Assembly (NCBI GenBank): GCA_043810025.1
Contig: JBDRON010000019.1
Span: 1,204-65,203 of the forward strand
From: Elusimicrobiota bacterium
GTDB lineage: Bacteria; Elusimicrobiota; JBDRON01
Length of the DNA: 64,000 nucleotides
Direction: 5' to 3'
This document shows positions 26,261-35,508 of this stretch, piece after piece. Both the position numbers and the translations under genes were made by a program. The first letter of the stretch is position 1; every line of letters starts with the position of its first letter. The notes beneath the pieces are model-generated. The model saw nothing but the letters and a program-made list of their open reading frames with translations, was not told the DNA's origin and searched no databases.

Positions 26261-27061
26261 ATGGATATAGCTACGATTAGCGGCTTGATTGCCGGTTTGG
26301 GTTTGGTGGCGATCGGAATAATTGTTTCCGAGGGGCTGGAAGGTTTTGGCGCCTTCTGGGATTTACCGGGTTTTTTAATTACTTTCGGTGGAACTTTTGC
26401 GGCCTTAATGGTAAATTATCCATTAAAAATGGTGCTCAATATCGTTAAAGTTCTCAAACAAGTGCTCAAGGAAAACACCGTCGATACCGCTGAAATTATC
26501 AGTGTTTTTGTCAACTATTCCAAGAAAGCGCGGACCGATGGTTTTTTAGCTTTGTCTAATGATGTCAAGCAATTAAAAAATGACTTTTTGAAACGGGGAA
26601 TTCAGTTGGTTATTGACGGAGCTGATCAAGAGTTTATCCGGAGTTTAATGGAAACAGAGTTAACTTTTATCCGTGAACGGCATAAGGTTGGCCAGGAGAT
26701 GTTTTATGCTTTAGGAACTTATTCTCCGGCATGGGGAATTATTGGTACCGTAATCGGGTTAATTTTGATGTTAAAGAAATTAGAAGATCCCTCAACAATT
26801 GCCAGCGCGATGGCGATTGCCCTGCTGACCGCTTTTTACGGGCTGACCGGCGGATATCTGTTGTTTAATCCGATAGGCGGAAAATTAGTTCGTAAATCTG
26901 AGGAGGAACTTTTTATCAAAGAGGTAATCGTCAAAGGCGTTCTCTTGCTGCAGTCTAACACTGCTCCCAGTATTATTGAATCAAACTTAAAAGCTTATTT
27001 GGAACCGAAGGCCCGCCAATTGGGAATAAGAGGCAAAAAAATGGCTGGTGAAGGCAAGTAA
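26261..27061 (+). CDS. motA: MotA/PomA-family stator subunit
   Basis: MDIATISG, PAWGIIGTVIGLI, ALLTAFYG. Confidence 0.88.
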   Translation: MDIATISGLIAGLGLVAIGIIVSEGLEGFGAFWDLPGFLITFGGTFAALMVNYPLKMVLNIVKVLKQVLKENTVDTAEIISVFVNYSKKARTDGFLALSNDVKQLKNDFLKRGIQLVIDGADQEFIRSLMETELTFIRERHKVGQEMFYALGTYSPAWGIIGTVIGLILMLKKLEDPSTIASAMAIALLTAFYGLTGGYLLFNPIGGKLVRKSEEELFIKEVIVKGVLLLQSNTAPSIIESNLKAYLEPKARQLGIRGKKMAGEGK

Positions 27062-27714
27062 TGCTGCCGAGAAGAGAAGTAAAAGAACATGTCGGTAAAG
27101 CGGCTGCCCCCTGGTTTGTCAATTATGCCGATTTGATGACCCAATTGGTTTGTTTTTTTGTCATGTTATTCTCACTTTCTTCTCTCAAAAAAGAACAGCA
27201 GCTCCAGGAAGTAAAGAAACAAGTAGAGGAGGTGGTAGCTGAACAAAAATTGGAAAAGGCGGTTAAAGCGGAAATTAAGCCGGAGGGTTTAGTTATTTCG
27301 TTACAGGAAAAGATTCTTTTTGAGTCGGGTAAAGCGGAGCTTTCTCCAAAAGCCAAACAGGTTATTTCTACTTTATATAAAGTTTTTATCAGTTTACCCA
27401 ATCAGGTTGTGGTGGAAGGACATACCGATAATGTCCCAATCCGTACCAGCCAATTTCCGTCGAATTGGGAGTTGTCGACGACACGAGCGACCAATGTTGT
27501 TCGCACACTAATTGAGGATAATCGATTTCCTTCTAATCGAATTTGCGCTTCCGGTTATGCTGAATACAAGCCGGTTACCGGCACGGTTTCCCAACAGACT
27601 TCGGAACAGCGAGCCAGTAACCGCCGGGTAGATTTTATTGTCCAACGGATGCCCGGCTTGGGAGTAAAGCAGCAAAAATCAATGAGCGGCGTTCCCCGAC
27701 ACAGGAATATATAA
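27061..27714 (+). CDS. motB: MotB/PomB-family stator subunit with OmpA-like domain
   Basis: WFVNYADLMT, VEGHTDNVPI, SNWELS, NRRVD. Confidence 0.9.
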   Translation: MLPRREVKEHVGKAAAPWFVNYADLMTQLVCFFVMLFSLSSLKKEQQLQEVKKQVEEVVAEQKLEKAVKAEIKPEGLVISLQEKILFESGKAELSPKAKQVISTLYKVFISLPNQVVVEGHTDNVPIRTSQFPSNWELSTTRATNVVRTLIEDNRFPSNRICASGYAEYKPVTGTVSQQTSEQRASNRRVDFIVQRMPGLGVKQQKSMSGVPRHRNI

Positions 27715-27729
27715 CGGAAGAATCGCAAT

Positions 27730-27820
27730 GTTATAGGTCATGAGTTGTGGGTTATGGGTCGTGAGTTTAAAGAAATCGATTATTTTAGACTCGAGACACA
27801 CGACTCGCTGCACAAGACTT
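27730..27820. repeat. Inverted repeat with heptamer (GRGTYRT) arms and TCGA core
   Basis: Core TAAAGAAATCGATTATTTTAG at 27768-27788; arms similar to 47334-47425. Confidence 0.75.
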
Positions 27821-27892
27821 ATGTTCAGTAAGCAATCTAAAACATACTACCCGGGAGCTGAGGTTCCCGGGATATTTAGGAGGAGAAAAAAA

Positions 27893-30607
27893 ATGGCAGT
27901 AGCAGTAAAAGAAAGAAAGATCGCGAAGCAGAAAACAGCCAGGCAAGCGAAGGCTGTTAAAAAAAATAAGTATCTGTATTTTTTTGGCGACGGAAAAGCT
28001 GATGGTAACGGTAAAATGAAAGACCTCTTGGGAGGCAAAGGAGCCGGGTTGGCCGAGATGACCAATGCCGGAGTACCGGTTCCTCCGGGATTTACGGTAA
28101 CGACCGATGTTTGCCGCTATTATTATGCCCATGATAAAAAATTACCGCAGGAGTTTGAAGAGCAGTTTAAACTGTCCCTGGCAAAACTGGAAAAAACGAT
28201 GGGAAAAAAATTTGGCGATCTGGACAGCCCGCTTTTAGTTTCTGTTCGTTCCGGGGCAAAATTTTCCATGCCGGGGATGATGGACACGATTCTTAATTTA
28301 GGCTTAAACGATCAAGCTGTGGAAGGGTTGGCGAAAAGCACGGGTAATCCCCGCTTTGCCTGGGATGCCTATCGCCGGTTTATCCAGATGTTCGGCAATG
28401 TGGTGATGGAAATTTCCAAAGAGGATTTTGAGCATCTGTTGAGCAAGAAAAAATCGGACCGCGGAGTAAAATTGGATACCGATTTAAACGCTGATGATTT
28501 GAAGGAATTAGTCACCGGCTATAAAAAAATTTATCAGGAAAAAACCGGCGAGAGTTTTCCTCAGGATCCCTATCAGCAGCTGGTGATGTCCAGGAATGCC
28601 GTCTTCAGATCCTGGAATAACACCAGAGCGAACACTTATCGCCGCTTAAACAAAATTGCCGACGATTTGGGTACAGCGGTGAATATCCAAACCATGGTTT
28701 TTGGCAATATGGGTGATGATTCGGGTACCGGTGTCGGTTTTACCCGTAACCCCTCAATCGGCAACAAAGAGTTTTATGGCGAGTATTTGCTTAATGCGCA
28801 AGGTGAGGATGTGGTAGCTGGAATTCGCACCCCGCATCCGATTATTGATTTGTCCAAAGATATGCCGGCGGTTTATAACCAACTGAAAACAATTACCAGC
28901 CGTTTAGAAAAACATTACCGGGATGTGCAGGATTTTGAGTTTACCATTGAACGGGGAAAACTTTTTATGCTGCAAACCCGAACCGGTAAACGGACGGCCG
29001 GAGCGGCGATTAAAATCGCTGTCGATATGGTGAAGGAAAAGTTGATCACCAGGGAAGAAGCTTTATTACGTTTAGAGCCGGAACAGCTGGACCAGCTTCT
29101 GCACCCGATCATCGATCCGAAAGCGGCGATAAAAGTTTTAACCAAAGGTTTACCGGCTTCGCCGGGAGCGGCCAGCGGCCGGGTGGTGTTTACGGCTGAT
29201 CACGCTGTGGAAAAAGCCGATGAATATCCGGTAATTTTGGTGCGGATTGAAACCAATCCCGATGATATTCATGGGATGGATGCCGCGCAGGGTATTTTGA
29301 CTGCCCGGGGCGGGATGACCAGCCATGCAGCCGTTGTAGCCCGCGGGATGGGCAAACCCTGTGTTGCCGGTTGTGAAACAATTAAAATAGATGAAAAAGC
29401 CAAAAAAATGACGATCGGTTCGGATGTGATCAGCGAAGGCGACTGGCTGACGATTGATGGCGGCACAGGCCGGGTTATTTTGGGTCAGGTGCCGACTGTT
29501 GAACCGGCGATCAGCGGGGAGTTCGCCGTCTTTATGTCCTGGGCGGACAAGATTCGCCAACTGGGCGTGCGGGCCAATGCGGATATTCCGCGCGATGCCA
29601 AGGTTGCCCGGCAGTTTGGCGGCGAAGGTATCGGTTTGTGCCGGACAGAACACATGTTTTTTGCCGAAGACCGGCTGCCCTTTATGCAGGAGATGATTGT
29701 GGCCGATGACGAAGCATCGCGGCGGAAAGCGCTGGATAAATTGCTACCTTTCCAGAAAGCGGATTTCCTCGGCTTATTTAAAGAGATGAAAGGGTTTCCG
29801 GTAACCATCCGGACTTTGGATCCACCCCTGCATGAATTTTTACCGAAGACGATCGAAGCGGCAGAAGAGCTTTCTAAAAAAATTGGTGTCTCCACAGAAA
29901 AAATTTGGGCTAAAGCGCAGGCGCTGCACGAGTTTAACCCGATGCTTGGACACCGCGGCTGCCGGCTGGGAATTACTTATCCGGAGATCACCGAGATGCA
30001 GGCCCGGGCGATTATGGAAGCGGCTTGCGAACTGGCTAAAGAAAAACAGACGGTGATTCCGGAAATCATGATTCCGCTGGTGGGGAATATTAACGAGTTT
30101 AAACATCAGAAAGAGCTGGTGGTCCGGGTCGCTGAAGAAACCATAAAGAAATATGGCGTGAAGGTGAAATATTTGGTCGGAACGATGATCGAAGTTCCGC
30201 GGGCGGCCGTAACGGCCGACCGGATTGCCGAAGAGGCCGGGTTTTTCTCTTTCGGCACCAACGATTTAACCCAGATGGGTTTAGGGTTTTCCCGGGACGA
30301 TTCCGGCAAGTTTATTCAGGTCTATTTAGAGACGAAGATTTTCAAAGAAGATCCTTTCCAAACGTTGGATCAGGAGGGTGTTGGCGAGCTGATCAAAATC
30401 GGGATCAATAAAGGCCGCAAAACTAACCCGAAGTTGAAAATCGGTATTTGCGGAGAACACGGCGGCGATCCGGCTTCAGTGAAATTCTGCCATCGGGTGG
30501 GGATGAATTATGTTTCCTGTTCCCCCTATCGTTTACCGATCGCCCGTTTAGCTGCCGCCCAAGCCGTCTTGGAAGCCAAAAGCAAGAACGACTACACGTC
30601 AAAGTAA
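27893..30607 (+). CDS. ppdK: Pyruvate, phosphate dikinase
   Basis: LLGGKGAGL, SVRSGA, GGMTSHAAVVARG, GIGLCRTEHMF, GICGEHGG; RBS AGGAGG before 27893. Confidence 0.98.
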   Translation: MAVAVKERKIAKQKTARQAKAVKKNKYLYFFGDGKADGNGKMKDLLGGKGAGLAEMTNAGVPVPPGFTVTTDVCRYYYAHDKKLPQEFEEQFKLSLAKLEKTMGKKFGDLDSPLLVSVRSGAKFSMPGMMDTILNLGLNDQAVEGLAKSTGNPRFAWDAYRRFIQMFGNVVMEISKEDFEHLLSKKKSDRGVKLDTDLNADDLKELVTGYKKIYQEKTGESFPQDPYQQLVMSRNAVFRSWNNTRANTYRRLNKIADDLGTAVNIQTMVFGNMGDDSGTGVGFTRNPSIGNKEFYGEYLLNAQGEDVVAGIRTPHPIIDLSKDMPAVYNQLKTITSRLEKHYRDVQDFEFTIERGKLFMLQTRTGKRTAGAAIKIAVDMVKEKLITREEALLRLEPEQLDQLLHPIIDPKAAIKVLTKGLPASPGAASGRVVFTADHAVEKADEYPVILVRIETNPDDIHGMDAAQGILTARGGMTSHAAVVARGMGKPCVAGCETIKIDEKAKKMTIGSDVISEGDWLTIDGGTGRVILGQVPTVEPAISGEFAVFMSWADKIRQLGVRANADIPRDAKVARQFGGEGIGLCRTEHMFFAEDRLPFMQEMIVADDEASRRKALDKLLPFQKADFLGLFKEMKGFPVTIRTLDPPLHEFLPKTIEAAEELSKKIGVSTEKIWAKAQALHEFNPMLGHRGCRLGITYPEITEMQARAIMEAACELAKEKQTVIPEIMIPLVGNINEFKHQKELVVRVAEETIKKYGVKVKYLVGTMIEVPRAAVTADRIAEEAGFFSFGTNDLTQMGLGFSRDDSGKFIQVYLETKIFKEDPFQTLDQEGVGELIKIGINKGRKTNPKLKIGICGEHGGDPASVKFCHRVGMNYVSCSPYRLPIARLAAAQAVLEAKSKNDYTSK

Positions 30608-30613
30608 TTAAAA

Positions 30614-30691
30614 CCAGCCTAAGAGTCATTAGCCTAGGAGTCGTTAGTAAAAGACTTCAAAAGCTTCTAGGCTCTTAAGCTTTTAGGCTGG
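30614..30691. repeat. Inverted repeat with AGCCTA(A/G)GAG arms and degenerate core
   Basis: CCAGCCTAAGAG...CTTTTAGGCTGG; centre TAAAAGACTTCAAAAGCTT. Confidence 0.7.
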
Positions 30692-30699
30692 TGTTACTT

Positions 30700-30776
30700 G
30701 TGCCTGTAGCTCAATTGGATAGAGTGTTGGCCTCCGAAGCCAAAGGTTGAGGGTTCGACTCCCTCCAGGCACACCA
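30700..30776 (+). tRNA. trnR: tRNA-Arg(CCG)
   Basis: GTGCCTG/CAGGCAC acceptor, TTGGC-CTCCGAA-GCCAA anticodon arm, GGTTCGACTCC, CCA end. Confidence 0.97.
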
Positions 30777-30778
30777 TT

Positions 30779-30862
30779 AATGCGGATTTTGGAATGCGGA
30801 TTGCGGATAGAAAAACTAAAAGACTCAAGTTCTTTTAATTCCGCAATCTGAAATCCGCATTC
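30779..30862. repeat. Inverted repeat with GAWTGCG arms and degenerate core
   Basis: Reverse-complement relative of 15209-15287; core CTAAAAGACTCAAGTTCTTTTAA. Confidence 0.85.
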
Positions 30863-30875
30863 ATTTTAACCCAAT

Positions 30876-31679
30876 ATGAGATTGTTAATAATCATTGCCA
30901 TAATCTTGATATTGTTCAGAATATATTTTCTTTTTCTGGAGCAAAAAAGTTTGTATTATCCGGAAAAAGAGATAACGGGAATCCCGGCGACCTTGGGCAT
31001 CCCTTTTGAACAAATTAATTTTAAAACAGCGGATAATAAAATTCTTCATGGCTGGTATGTGCCGGCAAAAGAGGCGAAAATAACCGTTTTGTTTTGTCAT
31101 GGCAACGCCGGCAATATCAGTGATCGGTTACATCGGGTTAAATTTTTTCATGAGTTGGGAGTAATTTTTTTTATTTTTGATTATCGCGGTTATGGGAAGA
31201 GTGGCGGAAGACCAAGCGAAAAAGGTTTGTATAAAGACGCGCTGGCCGCTTACGATTATTTGGTGTCCAGAAACGATTTGTATAAGGATAAAATTGTTGT
31301 TTATGGTGAATCTTTGGGCGGGGCAGTGGCCGCTGAATTGTGCTTAAGAAGAAAAGCGCGGGCTTTGATCCTCCAGAGTACTTTTTCTTCCGTAGCCAAA
31401 GTTGCCCAACCGATTTATCCGTTTTTGCCGGTCAAATTGTTAATCGCTCAAAAATACGATACTTTGGCCAAAATAAAAAATATTCATCTCCCCAAGTTGA
31501 TCGCGCACGGCCAGCAAGACGAGGTGATTAATTTTCAGCATGGTGAGATGATTTTTCAGGCCGCCGCCCACCCCAAACAATTCCTGCCTTTCCCCGGCGG
31601 ACATAACGACGATTTATATGTCACCTCCGAAGCCTACAAAAAAGAACTCATGGATTTCTTCACCAAAAATTCAATTTAA
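30876..31679 (+). CDS. Alpha/beta hydrolase
   Basis: HGNAGN, DYRGYG, GESLGG nucleophile elbow, GGHND. Confidence 0.92.
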   Translation: MRLLIIIAIILILFRIYFLFLEQKSLYYPEKEITGIPATLGIPFEQINFKTADNKILHGWYVPAKEAKITVLFCHGNAGNISDRLHRVKFFHELGVIFFIFDYRGYGKSGGRPSEKGLYKDALAAYDYLVSRNDLYKDKIVVYGESLGGAVAAELCLRRKARALILQSTFSSVAKVAQPIYPFLPVKLLIAQKYDTLAKIKNIHLPKLIAHGQQDEVINFQHGEMIFQAAAHPKQFLPFPGGHNDDLYVTSEAYKKELMDFFTKNSI

Positions 31680-31743
31680 CTTGTCAGACTAAATTGCAAA
31701 AAACTTATGCAATCTAGGAAACAACGTCCCCAATTGCCAACTT

Positions 31744-32826
31744 CTATTTGCTTTTTATCTTCCAGAGGAAAGCCAGGCCGATTAGGCCGAAGATGAGGTT
31801 GCCGAACCAAGCGGCTAGCAGAGGGGGGAGAATTCGGTTTTCGCCGAGGGCTTGGCCGACGGAGATCATCCCCCAGTAGATGAAACTGATCAGGATACTG
31901 ATGCCGAAACTTACGGCTTTGCTCCCCGAACGGCGCTGGAGGATGCCGAAGGGGAATCCCAGAAAAATCACAATTAGGTTGATAAACGGAAAGGAGAGTT
32001 TAAGATATAATTGAACCTCTTCTTTAGCGGAAGGCTGGCCGAGAACTTTTAATTTTTTTATATAATCTTTTAATTGAAAGAAGTCCATCTCCTCCGATTT
32101 TTTGGTAATCAGTAAAAAATCGCCGGGCGATTCGGTGATCTCCGTTTCTTGCCGGTCAAATTTCTTCTCTTTTATTCCCGATTCGTCAAATAATCTTTCT
32201 ACGCCGTTTAAAAGCACCCAGCGCTTATTTTCCCATCGGCTTTCCTGAGCATAGATCGTACGGATTAGCCGGTAATCCGGAGTATACCAGTTAATGACTA
32301 ATCCCCGGATTATTCCTTCCTGCGCATCGAGGAAATTGATCATTAATTGGGAATTATTTTTTCCGGGGACAACTAAATTCGCGGCTTGTAAATTACTGGC
32401 AACAAACTCTTTGTTAATTTTTGCCCGATAAACGTAGGTCGCCTTGGCGTTGCTCCAAGGGACCACCTTTTCGTTAACCAGGAGCGCCGAGAGACTAAGC
32501 AGAAAAGCAAAACCGATAAATGAGGAGAAAATTTTTCCCCAGCTTACGCCGCTGGCGCGCAGAGCGGTTATTTCCTGATTGCTGGAAAGTTTACCCAGAG
32601 AAAAAAGGCTGGCCAGAAGCACGCTTACCGGCATAATTTGAATTAACCACTGCGGTGTCCGCAAAGCTAAATAGTAAAGGACCAACGGTAGTTTTACTCC
32701 GGGTTTAGCGAAGGCGGAAAGTTTATCTAAGATTTGCGATAACCAGCCGATGCAGAGAAACAAGAAAATCGCTCCGCTAAACGATGAAAGATAAGCTTTT
32801 AATAAGTAGCGTCTGATAATAGTCAT
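31744..32826 (-). CDS. lptG: LPS export permease LptG
   Basis: EITALRASGVS, LAAWFGNLIF; paired with lptF. Confidence 0.85.
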   Translation of the reverse strand: MTIIRRYLLKAYLSSFSGAIFLFLCIGWLSQILDKLSAFAKPGVKLPLVLYYLALRTPQWLIQIMPVSVLLASLFSLGKLSSNQEITALRASGVSWGKIFSSFIGFAFLLSLSALLVNEKVVPWSNAKATYVYRAKINKEFVASNLQAANLVVPGKNNSQLMINFLDAQEGIIRGLVINWYTPDYRLIRTIYAQESRWENKRWVLLNGVERLFDESGIKEKKFDRQETEITESPGDFLLITKKSEEMDFFQLKDYIKKLKVLGQPSAKEEVQLYLKLSFPFINLIVIFLGFPFGILQRRSGSKAVSFGISILISFIYWGMISVGQALGENRILPPLLAAWFGNLIFGLIGLAFLWKIKSK

Positions 32827-32829
32827 TAT

Positions 32830-33924
32830 TTATTTTTTATTCAACTGAAAAATTAGCAATGTTCCGATAAATCCAAAGATTAAATTGGGAAGTTGGACGG
32901 CGATTACCGGCGGTAGAATGGATTTTTCCGCCAAGGTTGTTCCGACAATCAAAAACAAATAGTAAAGGAAAATTACGATTAAGCTTAAGCCAAAGCCGAT
33001 CGATTTTCCTCCCCGTTTGATTTTTATTCCCAGTCCGGCTCCAATCAAAGCAAAAACAAAACAGGCCAGGGCCAGCGCCGGCCGCAGTTGATATTCAGTG
33101 ATAAAGATCGTCGGAGGAATTTTTTCTTCTTTCATTTTCTTGATTTCGGCCAAGAGTTCCTCAGTGGTCATCTCCCGGGGCGCTTTAAAGTTTTTTTTCT
33201 GCTGCTCAAGGCCGGCGGAGAGATTCAGGGTAATTGTATAATTATTAAAAAAAATCTGATTGTAGTGCGACAGACTCTCGGGATTAAAATATTCGATGCT
33301 TCCCTTTTCTAAATTAAAAGTCAAGTTTTCCTTTGTGGCCGAAATTGTTCCTTGCTTGGCGCTGATCTGGTTTAAGGCTCCTTTATCGTCCCGGCGATAA
33401 ATAATGATCCCTTTCAATTTTGATTTTTTGTGGTCGATTTTTTCAATGTAAATCCAGTAATTCTGAATTTTGGTAAAGCTGTGATTGTCCAGTTTCAAGG
33501 TTGGACTTTTAACGAGTATTTCCCGGTATAAATCTTTGAATTTATTTTGCAAACAGGGAGCGATAAATTTATTGAAATGCATCAACCCCAGACTGCCAAG
33601 CAGGGAGAGAAAAAGTACCGGTTGAATTAAAAAAATAATTTTTATCCCTGATGAACGGCAGGCGGTTATTTCGTTGTCCTCAGAAAATCTGCCGAAGGTT
33701 AGCAGGGTGGCGATCAGAAAAGCCATGGGAATAGTCAAGGGAAAAAAAGTGGGAAAAACATAGCCGAACAATCTGACGATGGTTGTGAAGGCGATGCCTT
33801 TGCTGATAAAAATCCCCAGAAGGTCAAAAATTTTATCCATTAAAACAATAAAAGTAAATACCGCCCAGCCCAGAAAAAGCGGAGGAAAAAATTCCTTAAT
33901 GATATACCGGTGAATTGTTTTCAT
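32830..33924 (-). CDS. lptF: LPS export permease LptF
   Basis: RYIIKE, GRFSEDNEITACRSSGI. Confidence 0.87.
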   Translation of the reverse strand: MKTIHRYIIKEFFPPLFLGWAVFTFIVLMDKIFDLLGIFISKGIAFTTIVRLFGYVFPTFFPLTIPMAFLIATLLTFGRFSEDNEITACRSSGIKIIFLIQPVLFLSLLGSLGLMHFNKFIAPCLQNKFKDLYREILVKSPTLKLDNHSFTKIQNYWIYIEKIDHKKSKLKGIIIYRRDDKGALNQISAKQGTISATKENLTFNLEKGSIEYFNPESLSHYNQIFFNNYTITLNLSAGLEQQKKNFKAPREMTTEELLAEIKKMKEEKIPPTIFITEYQLRPALALACFVFALIGAGLGIKIKRGGKSIGFGLSLIVIFLYYLFLIVGTTLAEKSILPPVIAVQLPNLIFGFIGTLLIFQLNKK

Positions 33925-33960
33925 AAAGTTCTAACTGTAATGTTCATCGTTTGTTGAAGT

Positions 33961-34040
33961 GTTCCCCCTCTTTATAAAAGAGGGAAAAAAACTGCACAGC
34001 AGGCGCATAAAGTTCTGAGCAAAGCTTGAACTAACTTATT
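33961..34040 (+). repeat. Partial family B repeat
   Basis: CCCTCTTTATAAAAGAGGG hairpin and tail AAAGTTCTGAGCAAAGCTTGAACTAA. Confidence 0.8.
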
Positions 34041-34100
34041 CCTAAATTTGCCGTGTTATTTCATTATAGTTTTTTTAAAATTTTAAATCAATTTTTTTTA

Positions 34101-34128
34101 TTGCAATATTTTTAAATAGTGTTATAAT
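34101..34128 (+). promoter_or_regulatory. Promoter of the polyamine operon
   Basis: TTGCAA-16 bp-TATAAT with extended TG. Confidence 0.6.
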
Positions 34129-34194
34129 AGTAACCATTCTTGAAAATAGGTAATCGGAAACATAAATTGTTTTTTATATAAACGAGGGGATAAA

Positions 34195-34575
34195 GTGAAA
34201 TCTTTAGGCCGGCATCTTTTAGTTGAACTCTACGATTGTGATCAGCGGATTATTAGCGATGTCCAGCAGGTGGAAATCATTATGACCCTGGCGGCCAAAG
34301 CAACTAAGGCGCAGATCGTTGATGTCGTTTTCCATACTTTTAATCCGCAGGGTGTTTCCGGGGTGATTGTGATTGCCGAATCGCACTTGGCTATTCATAC
34401 CTGGCCGGAATTTAATTTTGCTTCGGTGGATATTTATACCTGCGGCAAAGTAATTAATCCCTGGAAAGCTTTAACCATTCTTAAAAATAAGTTTAAATCT
34501 AAAAATATGAGCGCGATGGAAATTAAAAGAGGGATTTTGAATATCCCAGCCCGCCGTTTAAAACATAAACCATAG
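34195..34575 (+). CDS. speD: S-adenosylmethionine decarboxylase proenzyme
   Basis: LGRHL, IAESHLAIHTWPE, DIYTCG. Confidence 0.95.
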   Translation: MKSLGRHLLVELYDCDQRIISDVQQVEIIMTLAAKATKAQIVDVVFHTFNPQGVSGVIVIAESHLAIHTWPEFNFASVDIYTCGKVINPWKALTILKNKFKSKNMSAMEIKRGILNIPARRLKHKP

Positions 34576-34587
34576 TTAAGGTGGATA

Positions 34588-35508
34588 ATGCCCAAAAAAA
34601 AATTCTGGTTGACAGAACGGTTCACCCGTAACGAAAAGCACAGTCATCGGATAGAGAAATATTTGGTGACGGCGAAAAGCAGGTTTCAAAAAATAATTTT
34701 AGCAAAAACCTGCTCTTTTGGCCGTTGTCTTATTTTAGATGGAGAGATGCAGTCGGCGGAGCTGGATGAATTTATCTATCACGAAGCGCTGATTCATCCT
34801 CCTCTAATCATGCATCGTAATCCGCAAACCGTTTTGATTATGGGCGGCGGTGAAGGGGCGGCGCTGCGGGAAATTTTAAAACACCGTTCAATAAAGAAAG
34901 TTGTGCTGGTGGATATAGACGGTGAGGTAATAAATTTTTGCGAAAAGTATTTGAAGAAATGGCATCAGGGCCGGTTCAGCGATCCGCGGCTGGAATTAAT
35001 CATTGACGATGCCAAGAAGTATATGGAGAACACATCGCAGAAATTCGATGTAATCATTTCGGATTTGCCGTCACCGGTGGAAGCGGGGCCGGCCTACAAT
35101 TTGTATACGGTTGAATTTTACAAAACTTTAAGGCAGCGGTTGTCTCCGGGGGGAATAATTAACCTGCAAGCCGGTTCAGGCAGTCTTTTGCAGATTGAAT
35201 TTCATTCCGCGCTGTTTCATACTTTGTCGACGCTTTTCCCTGTGGTCCAGGCCTATTATGTTTATGTGCCTTCGTTCGATGTGCCGTGGGCCTTTCTTTT
35301 TGTCAGCCAGGATGAAGCATTAAAACCTTTAACTGTTTCAGAGAAAGAGATCGATCAAAGAATGGAAAAAAGAATCGGTGAAAAATTAAATTTTTATGAC
35401 GGATATACCCATCACGGATTGTTTCGCATTCCAAGATATTTAAGAAAAATTTTACAGGAAGAAAAAAAAATGATTACTCAAAAAAAACCGCTATTCTTTT
35501 ACAAATGA
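34588..35508 (+). CDS. speE: Polyamine aminopropyltransferase (spermidine synthase)
   Basis: LDGEMQS, DEFIYHE, MGGGEG, FDVIISD. Confidence 0.93.
   Translation: MPKKKFWLTERFTRNEKHSHRIEKYLVTAKSRFQKIILAKTCSFGRCLILDGEMQSAELDEFIYHEALIHPPLIMHRNPQTVLIMGGGEGAALREILKHRSIKKVVLVDIDGEVINFCEKYLKKWHQGRFSDPRLELIIDDAKKYMENTSQKFDVIISDLPSPVEAGPAYNLYTVEFYKTLRQRLSPGGIINLQAGSGSLLQIEFHSALFHTLSTLFPVVQAYYVYVPSFDVPWAFLFVSQDEALKPLTVSEKEIDQRMEKRIGEKLNFYDGYTHHGLFRIPRYLRKILQEEKKMITQKKPLFFYK

Noticed and set aside
26261-27714. Zorya anti-phage system
   Set aside because: MotA is normal length without the ZorA tail, and no zorC/D/E genes are adjacent.
27740-27892. N-terminal extensions of PpdK, and likewise of MenA, RpsO, PgsA, Gmk and the nitroreductase
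   Set aside because: The extensions are translations of intergenic repeats or upstream DNA; downstream starts match the expected family N-termini.
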